Source: an uncultured virus (IMG/VR IMGVR_UViG_3300030339_000017)
Lineage: Duplodnaviria > Heunggongvirae > Uroviricota > Caudoviricetes
Reading direction: 5' to 3' (one strand)
Virus record (IMG/VR): IMGVR_UViG_3300030339_000017
Length of the DNA: 29,659 bases
The notes beneath the pieces were generated by a model. That model had not been told where the DNA came from and did no database searches. It was given only the letters and a program-made list of their open reading frames with translations. The position numbers and the translations under genes were made by a program. This document shows positions 19,532 through 27,503 of this stretch, in pieces. How positions within the stretch are numbered: position 1 is the stretch's first letter; every line of letters starts with the position of its first letter.

Positions 19532-21805
19532 TTATTGAACAGTATAAGTAAACATTAAATTAAACCTAGCCCCACTTGGAGACTCAAATGTATTATTCGT
19601 ATAGAATGTGGTTTTGTTCGCCGATATATTTCCCTCGGTAAAATAATCAATATTCTGATTAAATATCAGGTTCCCAGTTCCATAGGTAGATATTGTACTT
19701 ATTGGCATTGTTATGTCAAATGATTTTGCAGCCGTAGTCGAGGTAGACATTATTCCGAGTATATATATTGTAACTAAATTGCCTATTCTAGTATAATATG
19801 AATACAGACTAGACATTGAAGATGTGTTTACTAAATTAGAATAGGTTGGAGTGAAACTAGTACTAGAACTTCCAGACGATGTAGTTAAATACGTATTTGA
19901 GTCCACGCTTCCATCGGCCTTTAGAAACTGGCTAGAGGTCCCCCCTGATTTAATAAAGTTTGTAGCTGTTACAGTAGATGAAAATGTTGCTGCGCTTGTA
20001 GAGAATGATAATCTCGACACTCCAAATTGGTTGTCTATAAAATTCAATTTGTTTTCAGATTCAGATACTTTTACGCTCCAATTATTAGATGAATTTGAAA
20101 AAAATAAATCATTCGTATCTTGTAAATTAAATCTTGTTGCTGTTATAGTTCCGAATGATGGAGAATTTGTTGTCGATAGCCTTTGATTTTCTATCGGTTG
20201 AAAATCTCCAACAGCACTATTCGCAGCCGTACCAAAGGTGCGACCTTCCAAAACTGTTCCTGTAGTTGTGCCGAAGTTCTTATTGAATGCTGTGTTTTTT
20301 GAGAAGGCTTGTTCATACACTCCACTATGATTATGATCCCCATAAGCAGCGGTTGAATGCGATGTGCCAAATCCCGGAAATGATACCAGTCCATTCCAAG
20401 TTGAGATATTCGAAGTAGTCGGCATTGCGTAACCGATTGTCAGGCTAAAAATCCCAGTTGTATTAGTATAAGTAAGTCCAGTGGCAGAACTTGACAAAGA
20501 TGTTAACTGAATTGGGGTATAGCCTAAAGCGGCTGTAACTTGTCCACTCGTAATACCAGTTAAATAACTAACATTGCTTCCTGCCGTCGCCAAGCCTTTA
20601 GCGTTAATAGTGATGTTATTATAAGTACCTATATTTGAATTTACAGTTGCTAAAGTCAAAGCGGTCGAGCCTGTTGCATCGCCTGTATGTGTAGCATTTG
20701 AAACCAAACCACTATAGAGTGAATTTACTGCATTATCACCTGTATTTGACCCTGAAAATGACAAATTAGGAACGTTCGATAGCCCAACATCTGACTTAGT
20801 AGTATTATGCGGATTTCCAGTTAATAACTGCGAATGATCGTATGCAATCTTCCCTCTATCTCCTCTATATGCCGTAGAAGACGTTTCTCCTAACGCTAGA
20901 GAAGTGCTTATCAAAACATATATTGAGCCAGACCATCTATAGGTAAGATTAGTAGTAGTATCTACATATATTTTACCAGATTCTGGCGTATATGCAGTTC
21001 CTAGTGGATTATTAAATATGCTACCACTTATCCAGGTACCCTCTAATACATCATCTACATAGCTTGGTAACTGAGTATTTTTTACGAATCCATTAGAATC
21101 GAGTTCAGCCAATCCATTCGCAGTCCCTTTTAAAGAAGTATTTAATTTAGTTGAATCAATCTTTGAGGAGCTCCAGGTATAGTCTAGTACCGTTTTAGTA
21201 TCATCTATTAACTGCCCTGCATCCCCAGGGATTCCTTGCACTCCCTGGGGTCCTTGGATGCCTTGTATGCCTTGTAATCCCTGGTCACCCTTATCCCCTT
21301 TGGGGCCAGGATTTCCAGTCGTCCCGGCAGGACCTTGAGGCCCTTGATCACCTTTATCTCCTTTTTCCCCATCAGTACCATCAGATCCATCATCTCCCTT
21401 ATCCCCTTTTGGACCAACAACCCCTTGCACCCCTTGAGGACCTTGATTCCCAATATCACCTTTTGGTCCCTGTATTCCTTGAGGGCCTTGTGGACCAATA
21501 GGACCTACTGGACCCGTACTTCCAGTATCACCTTTTTCACCTTTTGTTCCACCAAAATACACATCTAGTCCAAAATCAGATATTTCAGCAGATACTGAAA
21601 AATCAAATGCTAATTCATTCGGATCTATATTTATAGTAAAATCAGATAAAGATACCCCAACAGAAAATGGAATACGCAAATTATCTGTTGCTACATCTAT
21701 AGAAAATGAATTATTAGATATAATATTATCTATAGATAAATTAGTGATATCCATAGATGTATTTATAGAAAAATCTATATTATCATATGTTGGTGTAGTA
21801 GGCAT
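19532..21805 (-). CDS. Collagen-containing tail fibre protein, 757 aa
   Basis: Acidic beta-rich N-terminus, 38 G-X-Y triplets, fibre motifs TWSSSKI, NGLAELDSNG..QLPSYVDDVLE, GKIYVD..YRWSGS, LGETSSTAYRGDRG, NPH..TKSDVGL, FIKSGGTSSQFLKADGSVD, and C-terminal YTRIGNLVT (gp53-like/receptor-binding end). Confidence 0.85.
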   Translation of the reverse strand: MPTTPTYDNIDFSINTSMDITNLSIDNIISNNSFSIDVATDNLRIPFSVGVSLSDFTINIDPNELAFDFSVSAEISDFGLDVYFGGTKGEKGDTGSTGPVGPIGPQGPQGIQGPKGDIGNQGPQGVQGVVGPKGDKGDDGSDGTDGEKGDKGDQGPQGPAGTTGNPGPKGDKGDQGLQGIQGIQGPQGVQGIPGDAGQLIDDTKTVLDYTWSSSKIDSTKLNTSLKGTANGLAELDSNGFVKNTQLPSYVDDVLEGTWISGSIFNNPLGTAYTPESGKIYVDTTTNLTYRWSGSIYVLISTSLALGETSSTAYRGDRGKIAYDHSQLLTGNPHNTTKSDVGLSNVPNLSFSGSNTGDNAVNSLYSGLVSNATHTGDATGSTALTLATVNSNIGTYNNITINAKGLATAGSNVSYLTGITSGQVTAALGYTPIQLTSLSSSATGLTYTNTTGIFSLTIGYAMPTTSNISTWNGLVSFPGFGTSHSTAAYGDHNHSGVYEQAFSKNTAFNKNFGTTTGTVLEGRTFGTAANSAVGDFQPIENQRLSTTNSPSFGTITATRFNLQDTNDLFFSNSSNNWSVKVSESENKLNFIDNQFGVSRLSFSTSAATFSSTVTATNFIKSGGTSSQFLKADGSVDSNTYLTTSSGSSSTSFTPTYSNLVNTSSMSSLYSYYTRIGNLVTIYILGIMSTSTTAAKSFDITMPISTISTYGTGNLIFNQNIDYFTEGNISANKTTFYTNNTFESPSGARFNLMFTYTVQ
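21209..21550 (-). repeat. Collagen-like (Gly-X-Y)38 repeat
   Basis: Uninterrupted triplets from GTK (aa 86) to GQL (aa 199), counted by hand. Confidence 0.92.
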
Positions 21806-21815
21806 ATTTTACTTA

Positions 21816-22181
21816 TTAAGCTTCGTCTTTTATAAGACTTTCCATTATAAATACTCCTGACATTGACGTTTGAATCATATTTTCAGTACCATCTCCATCT
21901 GTGTTTGTTTTTATACACATTATATCTAAGATCATTTGACCTAGCATTAATTTTGTGTTTGCACTTGTTATAACACCTTTTAATACCATCCCATCTGTAC
22001 CTACCGGAGTTAATGTTGAATATCCAACCTTGGTTTCTCTGGAGAATTTAACTATATTATCTTCTTTAGTATATGCATATACAATGACATTTGCTAAATC
22101 ATTAAAACTAGTAATATCACTTCCAGCAGAAGTAGTAAAATTCAAAGTAAAATAGATATCTTCTCCTTGAAACTTTTTCAT
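21816..22181 (-). CDS. Small beta-sandwich protein, possible fibre adaptor (BppU N-terminal-like), 121 aa
   Basis: FQGEDIYFTLNF...ITSANTKLMLGQMILDI pattern; directly precedes the collagen fibre gene. Confidence 0.4.
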   Translation of the reverse strand: MKKFQGEDIYFTLNFTTSAGSDITSFNDLANVIVYAYTKEDNIVKFSRETKVGYSTLTPVGTDGMVLKGVITSANTKLMLGQMILDIMCIKTNTDGDGTENMIQTSMSGVFIMESLIKDEA

Positions 22182-22182
22182 A

Positions 22183-22479
22183 TTAAATTTGTTTTGGTGT
22201 AAAACTTTTAAAGAATTCAGAAGTTACAGCTCCAATACAGAATGCTATAATAGCGACAGTAGCCCATAGTATATTGCCATCGATTGCCGTTGAATGATCT
22301 ATATTTCCTTTTACTTCTAAATAAAAAAAGTAAGTAAATGTATATAGTACAAGTCGTTTGCTACTCGTTCTATCGCTTTGGTCCTGGAAAAATCCAGAGA
22401 ACCAATCAATTGCGTTTGAGATAGAAGTTCCTATTCTATCAAATATATTTTTTTTTGTTTCTATAGTATTAGTTTCCAT
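22183..22479 (-). CDS. Putative holin (two TM segments), 98 aa
   Basis: SSKR motif followed by two hydrophobic segments (LVLYTFTYFFYL; ILWATVAIIAFCIGAV) and a short basic tail. Confidence 0.55.
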   Translation of the reverse strand: METNTIETKKNIFDRIGTSISNAIDWFSGFFQDQSDRTSSKRLVLYTFTYFFYLEVKGNIDHSTAIDGNILWATVAIIAFCIGAVTSEFFKSFTPKQI

Positions 22480-22489
22480 TATCTTAATA

Positions 22490-23584
22490 TTAATAGTGGT
22501 ATAGATTGTTTATTGTGACTGGAAGTATTGACTCAGTTAGTGTTGGATCAGAGACATTAGTACTCGTTCCAGCAGCATCTAAACAGTTTTTATTTGCTGA
22601 ATTGTAATTATAATTCCTAGGGTTCCCATTGCTATCTAAATAGTATACTCTGTTATTCTGAATAGTGTTACTATAACAAGTAGCAGAAGATGGGATAGCA
22701 TCGAAATTATACATTATAAGACCATCTGTCTGATTAAGTGGATTAGCTAATGCTTGAGATTGATATAACGTATTATTTTCAACAGTTATATCATGGCCGC
22801 CTGCTAATCCTATTCCTCCTCCTACTACGTTTATGATAACATTATTCTTAACGTGAATATACGAGGATCCATTATCACCTATAGTTACTGCACCTCCAGT
22901 GTGATTTGGAGTATTATAATCTCCACCTCTAAACCAATTGCCTATTACTTGAATAGAATCTGAAATGCTACCATACGTATTAAAACAAGATACTATGTCA
23001 TCAACGTGGGATTGAAGATGAATATTCTCAAAAGTATTGTAGTTCACTTTTATTCCAGGTCCATTGCAACTAGTTAGCTGAACAGCATGGTAGCCAACAG
23101 AGCCACCCATAGTATTTTTAAAATAATTATGTAGTACTGTTATACCCGAATTTATCCCTCCATTAAACGCGTTAGAAGCATTTGCACTAACCTTGACGCC
23201 ATTACTACACGAGTCAAATACACACCCATATATAGTTACGGTCTGACCATTTTCGATAGATATAGCTGCTCCAGTTATATTTTTGAATTTACAATTTCTT
23301 ATAGTTATATTGCCACATTCCCATAGTTTTATAGGATTTGACATACTATTAAATGTCTTATTTTCTATGATAGTATTACTATTTGCAGTAAACAATTCAA
23401 TAGCAGTCGAAGTGGTATAGGATGGGCTAGATATAACATTATATCCATTTATAACAGCGCCAACGGTTGGAGTAATAACGGGGGTTGATGGATAATAAAA
23501 TTGATTTCCACTCACAGATAAAACCTGTGATCTGACCGCGAATGCACAGGCTATAAGAGCTAATAATATAATTATATTTCTCAT
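22490..23584 (-). CDS. Secreted right-handed parallel beta-helix (pectin-lyase-like) protein, 364 aa
   Basis: Signal peptide MRNIIILLALIACAFAVRS|Q; repeats NITIRNCKF, TVTIYGCVF, ITVLHNYF, IKVNYNTF, IQVIGNWF, IHVKNNVI, ITVENNTL, TIQNNRV. Confidence 0.8.
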   Translation of the reverse strand: MRNIIILLALIACAFAVRSQVLSVSGNQFYYPSTPVITPTVGAVINGYNVISSPSYTTSTAIELFTANSNTIIENKTFNSMSNPIKLWECGNITIRNCKFKNITGAAISIENGQTVTIYGCVFDSCSNGVKVSANASNAFNGGINSGITVLHNYFKNTMGGSVGYHAVQLTSCNGPGIKVNYNTFENIHLQSHVDDIVSCFNTYGSISDSIQVIGNWFRGGDYNTPNHTGGAVTIGDNGSSYIHVKNNVIINVVGGGIGLAGGHDITVENNTLYQSQALANPLNQTDGLIMYNFDAIPSSATCYSNTIQNNRVYYLDSNGNPRNYNYNSANKNCLDAAGTSTNVSDPTLTESILPVTINNLYHY

Positions 23585-23585
23585 A

Positions 23586-25253
23586 TTATTCTGCTACTGG
23601 TCTAGCTCCCTGTTCTGCAACTAAGGTTGTAGACATAATTATAAACTTTAAATAGTATGTTAGCCCACTTGTTGCAGTGGTTGTTAGCACACCTTGACTT
23701 TTTAAGTTAGTCCCAAAAGTTACTGCATAGGCATTTGTTCCAGATGTAGTTATTGCTAAGATAACTTCAGAGCCAACACATCCTGCAGGAACTGTTCCCA
23801 TATTGATAGTTGTCGCTGACGTAGGGGTCAGAGTATAGATATTAGTTCCAACAGTTGGTGTCCATGTTATTGTTGCTGCCGCAGTAAGTACCGTAGGCGT
23901 GGCGTACATTGGTTGACAATATAATCTTGCCCATGAACCGTTTATAGCAGATGTAGTTGCTCCAATTGCTGCCGTAGTTGCAATAGTGGGGGCTGTCATA
24001 GCTGGCGAAGCACTCCATGTAGGAGCAACTCCTGCGCCTCCCGATGTCAATACTGAGCCCGTAGCAACATCAGCTAATTTTCCGTATGCCGTGGTGGAAG
24101 ATGCTACTAGTATGTCTCCAATCGCCTGACCTGAAATTGTAAGATTACTGCCATCATTGGCCGCTATAGTCTTCGATGCCCCAGGGAACGTGTATGTAGA
24201 GGCGTCAACTCCAGCCAATGTCATGGTATTGCTTACAGAAAATTTCTTTCCGGCAGCAATAGTCTCTCCAGAGTATATTACACTCCAAGCGGAAGCTCCA
24301 GTTCCCTGTGTTATATCTCCACATGTCAACACGGCAGAAGTTCCACCAACTAATGTTACTATAGTATTTAAACCAGAAGATTGGACTGTTAAAGTTCCAG
24401 TCCCAGTATTTGATATAAGATATTGGAAGCCATTAGATAGCGTAGAGATTACTGGCATAACGATAGTCTGATTTAGAGTACCAGTAAAATATTGTTGATA
24501 TGCGCTTCCTAAAACCAATGTAGTAGTTCCACTGGCTGTAACCGTAGTAGAATATCCATCTATAAGATTTGGAGACGCCAATGGAACTGCTGAATTTACT
24601 ACTGTTGGAAATACTGTAAATATATTTGATGATCCATTATTTACTCCAAATATACTATTTGATAATGGAACTAATGCACTCCCATCTATAAATTGATTTG
24701 TTATTAATGTCTGGGTCGAAGATAGAGTATATCTATCTAGCTGAGCTCCCCCATTCCCACCTCTAATTACTAAAGCTTTATTGGTAGCATCTCCGAATTG
24801 TTCCCATATAGAAGGTTTCGAGTCAGTCTGAGCATTTGCTATCTTTACTGTATTTACATTGCTCCCTCCGACTTTAAGTATCATTGAGGATGCAGCGACA
24901 TTATATACTTGATAAGACTGAATCATTCCAGATGTTCCATTAACTATAAAACTTCCACCACACTGAATATCTCCAATAGTAGTCAAACTAGTAGAACCAG
25001 TAAATGTAGGGCTTGCTAATCTCGAAGCCAAAGCCATTATGGAATCTACCTGAGCTTTTTTATACACATAGTTTCTATAATCAACATTGTTTGCCACCAG
25101 ATTATATCTAGAATCAGCAGTAGTAAGCGTTGGTCTTAAATTTAATGCAGCACTTAGTCCTGATACATTTCCTATTGCAATTAAACCATTTGGTTGTCCA
25201 GCATATGATAATGCACTAACTAAGATTAATAAAAATAATAATATACGTTTCAT
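23586..25253 (-). CDS. Fibre-like Thr/Ser/Gly/Ala-rich protein with N-terminal signal peptide, 555 aa
   Basis: MKRILLFLLILVSALSYA|GQ signal peptide; fibre-shaft motifs IGNVSGLSAAL, YKKAQVD, LASPTFTG, GDILVAS...GSVLTSGGAGVAPTW; beta-rich C-terminal domain. Confidence 0.65.
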   Translation of the reverse strand: MKRILLFLLILVSALSYAGQPNGLIAIGNVSGLSAALNLRPTLTTADSRYNLVANNVDYRNYVYKKAQVDSIMALASRLASPTFTGSTSLTTIGDIQCGGSFIVNGTSGMIQSYQVYNVAASSMILKVGGSNVNTVKIANAQTDSKPSIWEQFGDATNKALVIRGGNGGAQLDRYTLSSTQTLITNQFIDGSALVPLSNSIFGVNNGSSNIFTVFPTVVNSAVPLASPNLIDGYSTTVTASGTTTLVLGSAYQQYFTGTLNQTIVMPVISTLSNGFQYLISNTGTGTLTVQSSGLNTIVTLVGGTSAVLTCGDITQGTGASAWSVIYSGETIAAGKKFSVSNTMTLAGVDASTYTFPGASKTIAANDGSNLTISGQAIGDILVASSTTAYGKLADVATGSVLTSGGAGVAPTWSASPAMTAPTIATTAAIGATTSAINGSWARLYCQPMYATPTVLTAAATITWTPTVGTNIYTLTPTSATTINMGTVPAGCVGSEVILAITTSGTNAYAVTFGTNLKSQGVLTTTATSGLTYYLKFIIMSTTLVAEQGARPVAE

Positions 25254-25258
25254 GTGTA

Positions 25259-25660
25259 TTATACTGTTTTAAAATAAATAAAAAATAAAGTACCAGTTAA
25301 CGGTGCCGTAGCGAAATGAGCAACTTTAGTAGTTGAGTTTATAGTAAATCCTTGATTTATCAAACTGCCATCTACTGCCAATACAAAATAGGTTAAATTT
25401 ACATCTAATGGCAATTGAAAGTCTTGAGTTCCAGTTATATTTCCATTTCCATCATCTACTCCATTTGTAGTAAATGTAGATGTAACAACTGGGACTACTG
25501 AATTCCCAGCAGGAGCTGATGGGTTCACCCACGAAGTGCCATTTGATAATTTTAATGTAGTACCAGCCGGATCTGCATTTAAATCAATCCAAAGCGTATT
25601 CATTTTGGGATCGGGAGCTGTAGTACTAGCATATATTTTTACGAATGAATTATTTATCAT
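25259..25660 (-). CDS. Putative head fibre / capsid decoration protein, 133 aa
   Basis: N-terminal YASTTAPDP...LWIDLNADPAG..LK..NGTSW resembles the capsid-binding N-terminus of crAss-like head fibre proteins; small beta domain ending FATAPLTG; follows auxiliary capsid gene. Confidence 0.55.
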   Translation of the reverse strand: MINNSFVKIYASTTAPDPKMNTLWIDLNADPAGTTLKLSNGTSWVNPSAPAGNSVVPVVTSTFTTNGVDDGNGNITGTQDFQLPLDVNLTYFVLAVDGSLINQGFTINSTTKVAHFATAPLTGTLFFIYFKTV

Positions 25661-25680
25661 ACTGTTTTGTTTTTTAGATT

Positions 25681-25719
25681 AAAATAAAAAAGGCGGTCTT
25701 AATTAAAAAACCGCCCCTT
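25681..25719 (-). terminator. Rho-independent terminator after the capsid gene block
   Basis: Minus strand GGGGCGGTTTTTTAATTAAGACCGCCTTTTTTATTTT: GC-rich stem GGCGGT/ACCGCC followed by a T tract, just after the auxiliary capsid stop. Confidence 0.85.
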
Positions 25720-25730
25720 ATTGATAACAG

Positions 25731-26672
25731 TTACGATGCGATCCAAGTTGCTAATTTGCCACTTAAATCACTTCCGTCTCCAGTAGCTCCATGAACTAAA
25801 TAAATTTCAGCAGTTAAATCGGTTTCTTTTACATACTGATTATCTGGACTTTGATATTTTTTAGAATATTCTAAGACTACAGAATCATAATTAGCAGTCA
25901 AATCTGTATTTAGAGTAGGCTTGATAATTGGGAATGTGGTTCTGTAGGTAATTCCTTTATATGCCAAAGCTGCTTGTTCTCTATCTCTTACTATGTATTT
26001 ATTTCCTTTGCCAGGAGAACTAGCAGTGGTAGTTATAGTAATACCATTAATAGTAATGTAGCTATCAAGAGTAGATGCAACTGGATTGGTAGCATAAGCC
26101 ACAACCTTCATCTGAACTTGAGAGTATGGAGTAACAGCCTCCAGGCCTTGAGTTCCAAACCCATTAAGAACAACTTCTTTTGCAGTCAATGTAACGACAT
26201 CTCCAGAAATAGTAGCAACAGCACGAGCTCCATTATGAGCATTTACTGCCGTATAAATTGCAGTAGCCAAATCTAATGGCAAATTACTAGTAGCAACCCA
26301 TTCGTAAGACTGAGTAAACTGTCCTGGGTGTTCATATAAGTCCTTATAGATGACTCTAACTACATATCTATATCCAACGACTGGAACTACACTCGTAAAG
26401 TCAATAACACTAGATGCTTCTGTTTTTGCAACATATTCATCTTCTATTAAATTTCTTACTAATTTTTTGTTAATAACTTGACTCTTAGTAAGTGTTAAAT
26501 CTGGTTTAACAAGAGCTAATTGAATATCAGTAGCAGTTATATTGTTTGTACTAGACAAATCAATTACAACTCCAGTAGAGGCATCTAAAACTATGATATC
26601 TCCTGCAATCTGAGATGTACCAGCTGCATTGAATTTTTTACCGACAAATACGGTATTTGGTTTTTGTAACAT
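25731..26672 (-). CDS. Auxiliary capsid protein (crAss001 gp36-like), 313 aa
   Basis: MLQKPNTVFVGK...GYRYVVRVIYKDLYEHPGQFTQSYE...PGKG...VRDREQAALAYKGITYRT.FP...YQSPDNQYVKETDLTAEIY. Confidence 0.82.
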   Translation of the reverse strand: MLQKPNTVFVGKKFNAAGTSQIAGDIIVLDASTGVVIDLSSTNNITATDIQLALVKPDLTLTKSQVINKKLVRNLIEDEYVAKTEASSVIDFTSVVPVVGYRYVVRVIYKDLYEHPGQFTQSYEWVATSNLPLDLATAIYTAVNAHNGARAVATISGDVVTLTAKEVVLNGFGTQGLEAVTPYSQVQMKVVAYATNPVASTLDSYITINGITITTTASSPGKGNKYIVRDREQAALAYKGITYRTTFPIIKPTLNTDLTANYDSVVLEYSKKYQSPDNQYVKETDLTAEIYLVHGATGDGSDLSGKLATWIAS

Positions 26673-26684
26673 TATTTTAATTTT

Positions 26685-26771
26685 TTTAGTTAAACGTCTT
26701 AACTCAGTCCACTAATTTAGTCGCTCTACTTTCCTAATAAAGGATTTCCACGTTAAACTAAACTGAGGTTA
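26685..26771 (-). ncRNA. Candidate cis-regulatory structured RNA in the leader of the auxiliary capsid gene
   Basis: 102-nt intergenic region with nested complementary segments and a second 12/13-bp crossing helix (see findings); family not recognised. Confidence 0.4.
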
Positions 26772-26774
26772 TAA

Positions 26775-27500
26775 TTACTCAATTGATTGAGATTCTTGTG
26801 AAATAGTTTGATATCTATTATCTGAAATATTTTCTAATGCTAATCTAACTGCTGTTATAATTATTTCATCCCACATATGGTCTGGCATTATAGATAAATC
26901 GTCTTCCTTTCTACTTCCTACAGTAGTACTATACCAGTCTATTTTTATTGGTTTTGATATGTATGTTAAAGTATATTGGTATATAGTATAGTTTCCGTCA
27001 GTATATAAAGATATTCTATCATTCTCATATAGTCTTAATGGTTTAGCCTTTTGTTTGTTAAGCCTGTATGGAGATAGAGAATTCTTCAACTGACTATCTA
27101 TGTTTTCTATTGTAACCTCTTCCACGTCACCCCTTTTATTTATAGTAGCGCCTGTGGAATCAGTAAACGTTATAAACGCTGTTTCTCCCAATCCTATCCA
27201 GTAGTCGTCTGGATATATGACGTATATAGAATTAGTAAGAACTTCATCTGATACATGTAAATCAGCTCCTGTATAGCCCTTATCTTTTACTACAGTTCTC
27301 AAATCATCAGTCCTTTTTTGGTTCTGTTGAAATCCAGTTCTGTGGACATTATATCCAGAATATCTAGTTTTTATTATTCTTTCTATTGCCGTATTCACCC
27401 AATAATCTATTTCTTCTGGAAGAAATGATGGGTAACTAGTAATAGAATTAGACTTATCTAACTGGACATTAAACCCTGTATGTATATCTATATTAGTCAT
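26775..27500 (-). CDS. Tail ring protein (ring 3 / gp35-like), 241 aa
   Basis: PSFLPEEIDYWVN...GFQQNQKRTDDLRTVV...YTLTYISKP...DEIIITAVRLALENI; sits between the post-capsid gene and the auxiliary capsid gene. Confidence 0.8.
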   Translation of the reverse strand: MTNIDIHTGFNVQLDKSNSITSYPSFLPEEIDYWVNTAIERIIKTRYSGYNVHRTGFQQNQKRTDDLRTVVKDKGYTGADLHVSDEVLTNSIYVIYPDDYWIGLGETAFITFTDSTGATINKRGDVEEVTIENIDSQLKNSLSPYRLNKQKAKPLRLYENDRISLYTDGNYTIYQYTLTYISKPIKIDWYSTTVGSRKEDDLSIMPDHMWDEIIITAVRLALENISDNRYQTISQESQSIE

Positions 27501-27503
27501 TTA

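Noticed and set aside
20191..21498. Minus-strand alternative-frame ORFs 20191-20394 and 21208-21498
   Set aside because: Nested in the collagen fibre gene; the second is a by-product of the stop-poor Gly-X-Y repeat. No slippery site or motif supports a programmed frameshift.
26700..26771. Hammerhead or other known self-cleaving ribozyme in the auxiliary capsid leader
   Set aside because: It contains CUGAG and GAAA but not the CUGANGA...GAAA...UH core in the required order.
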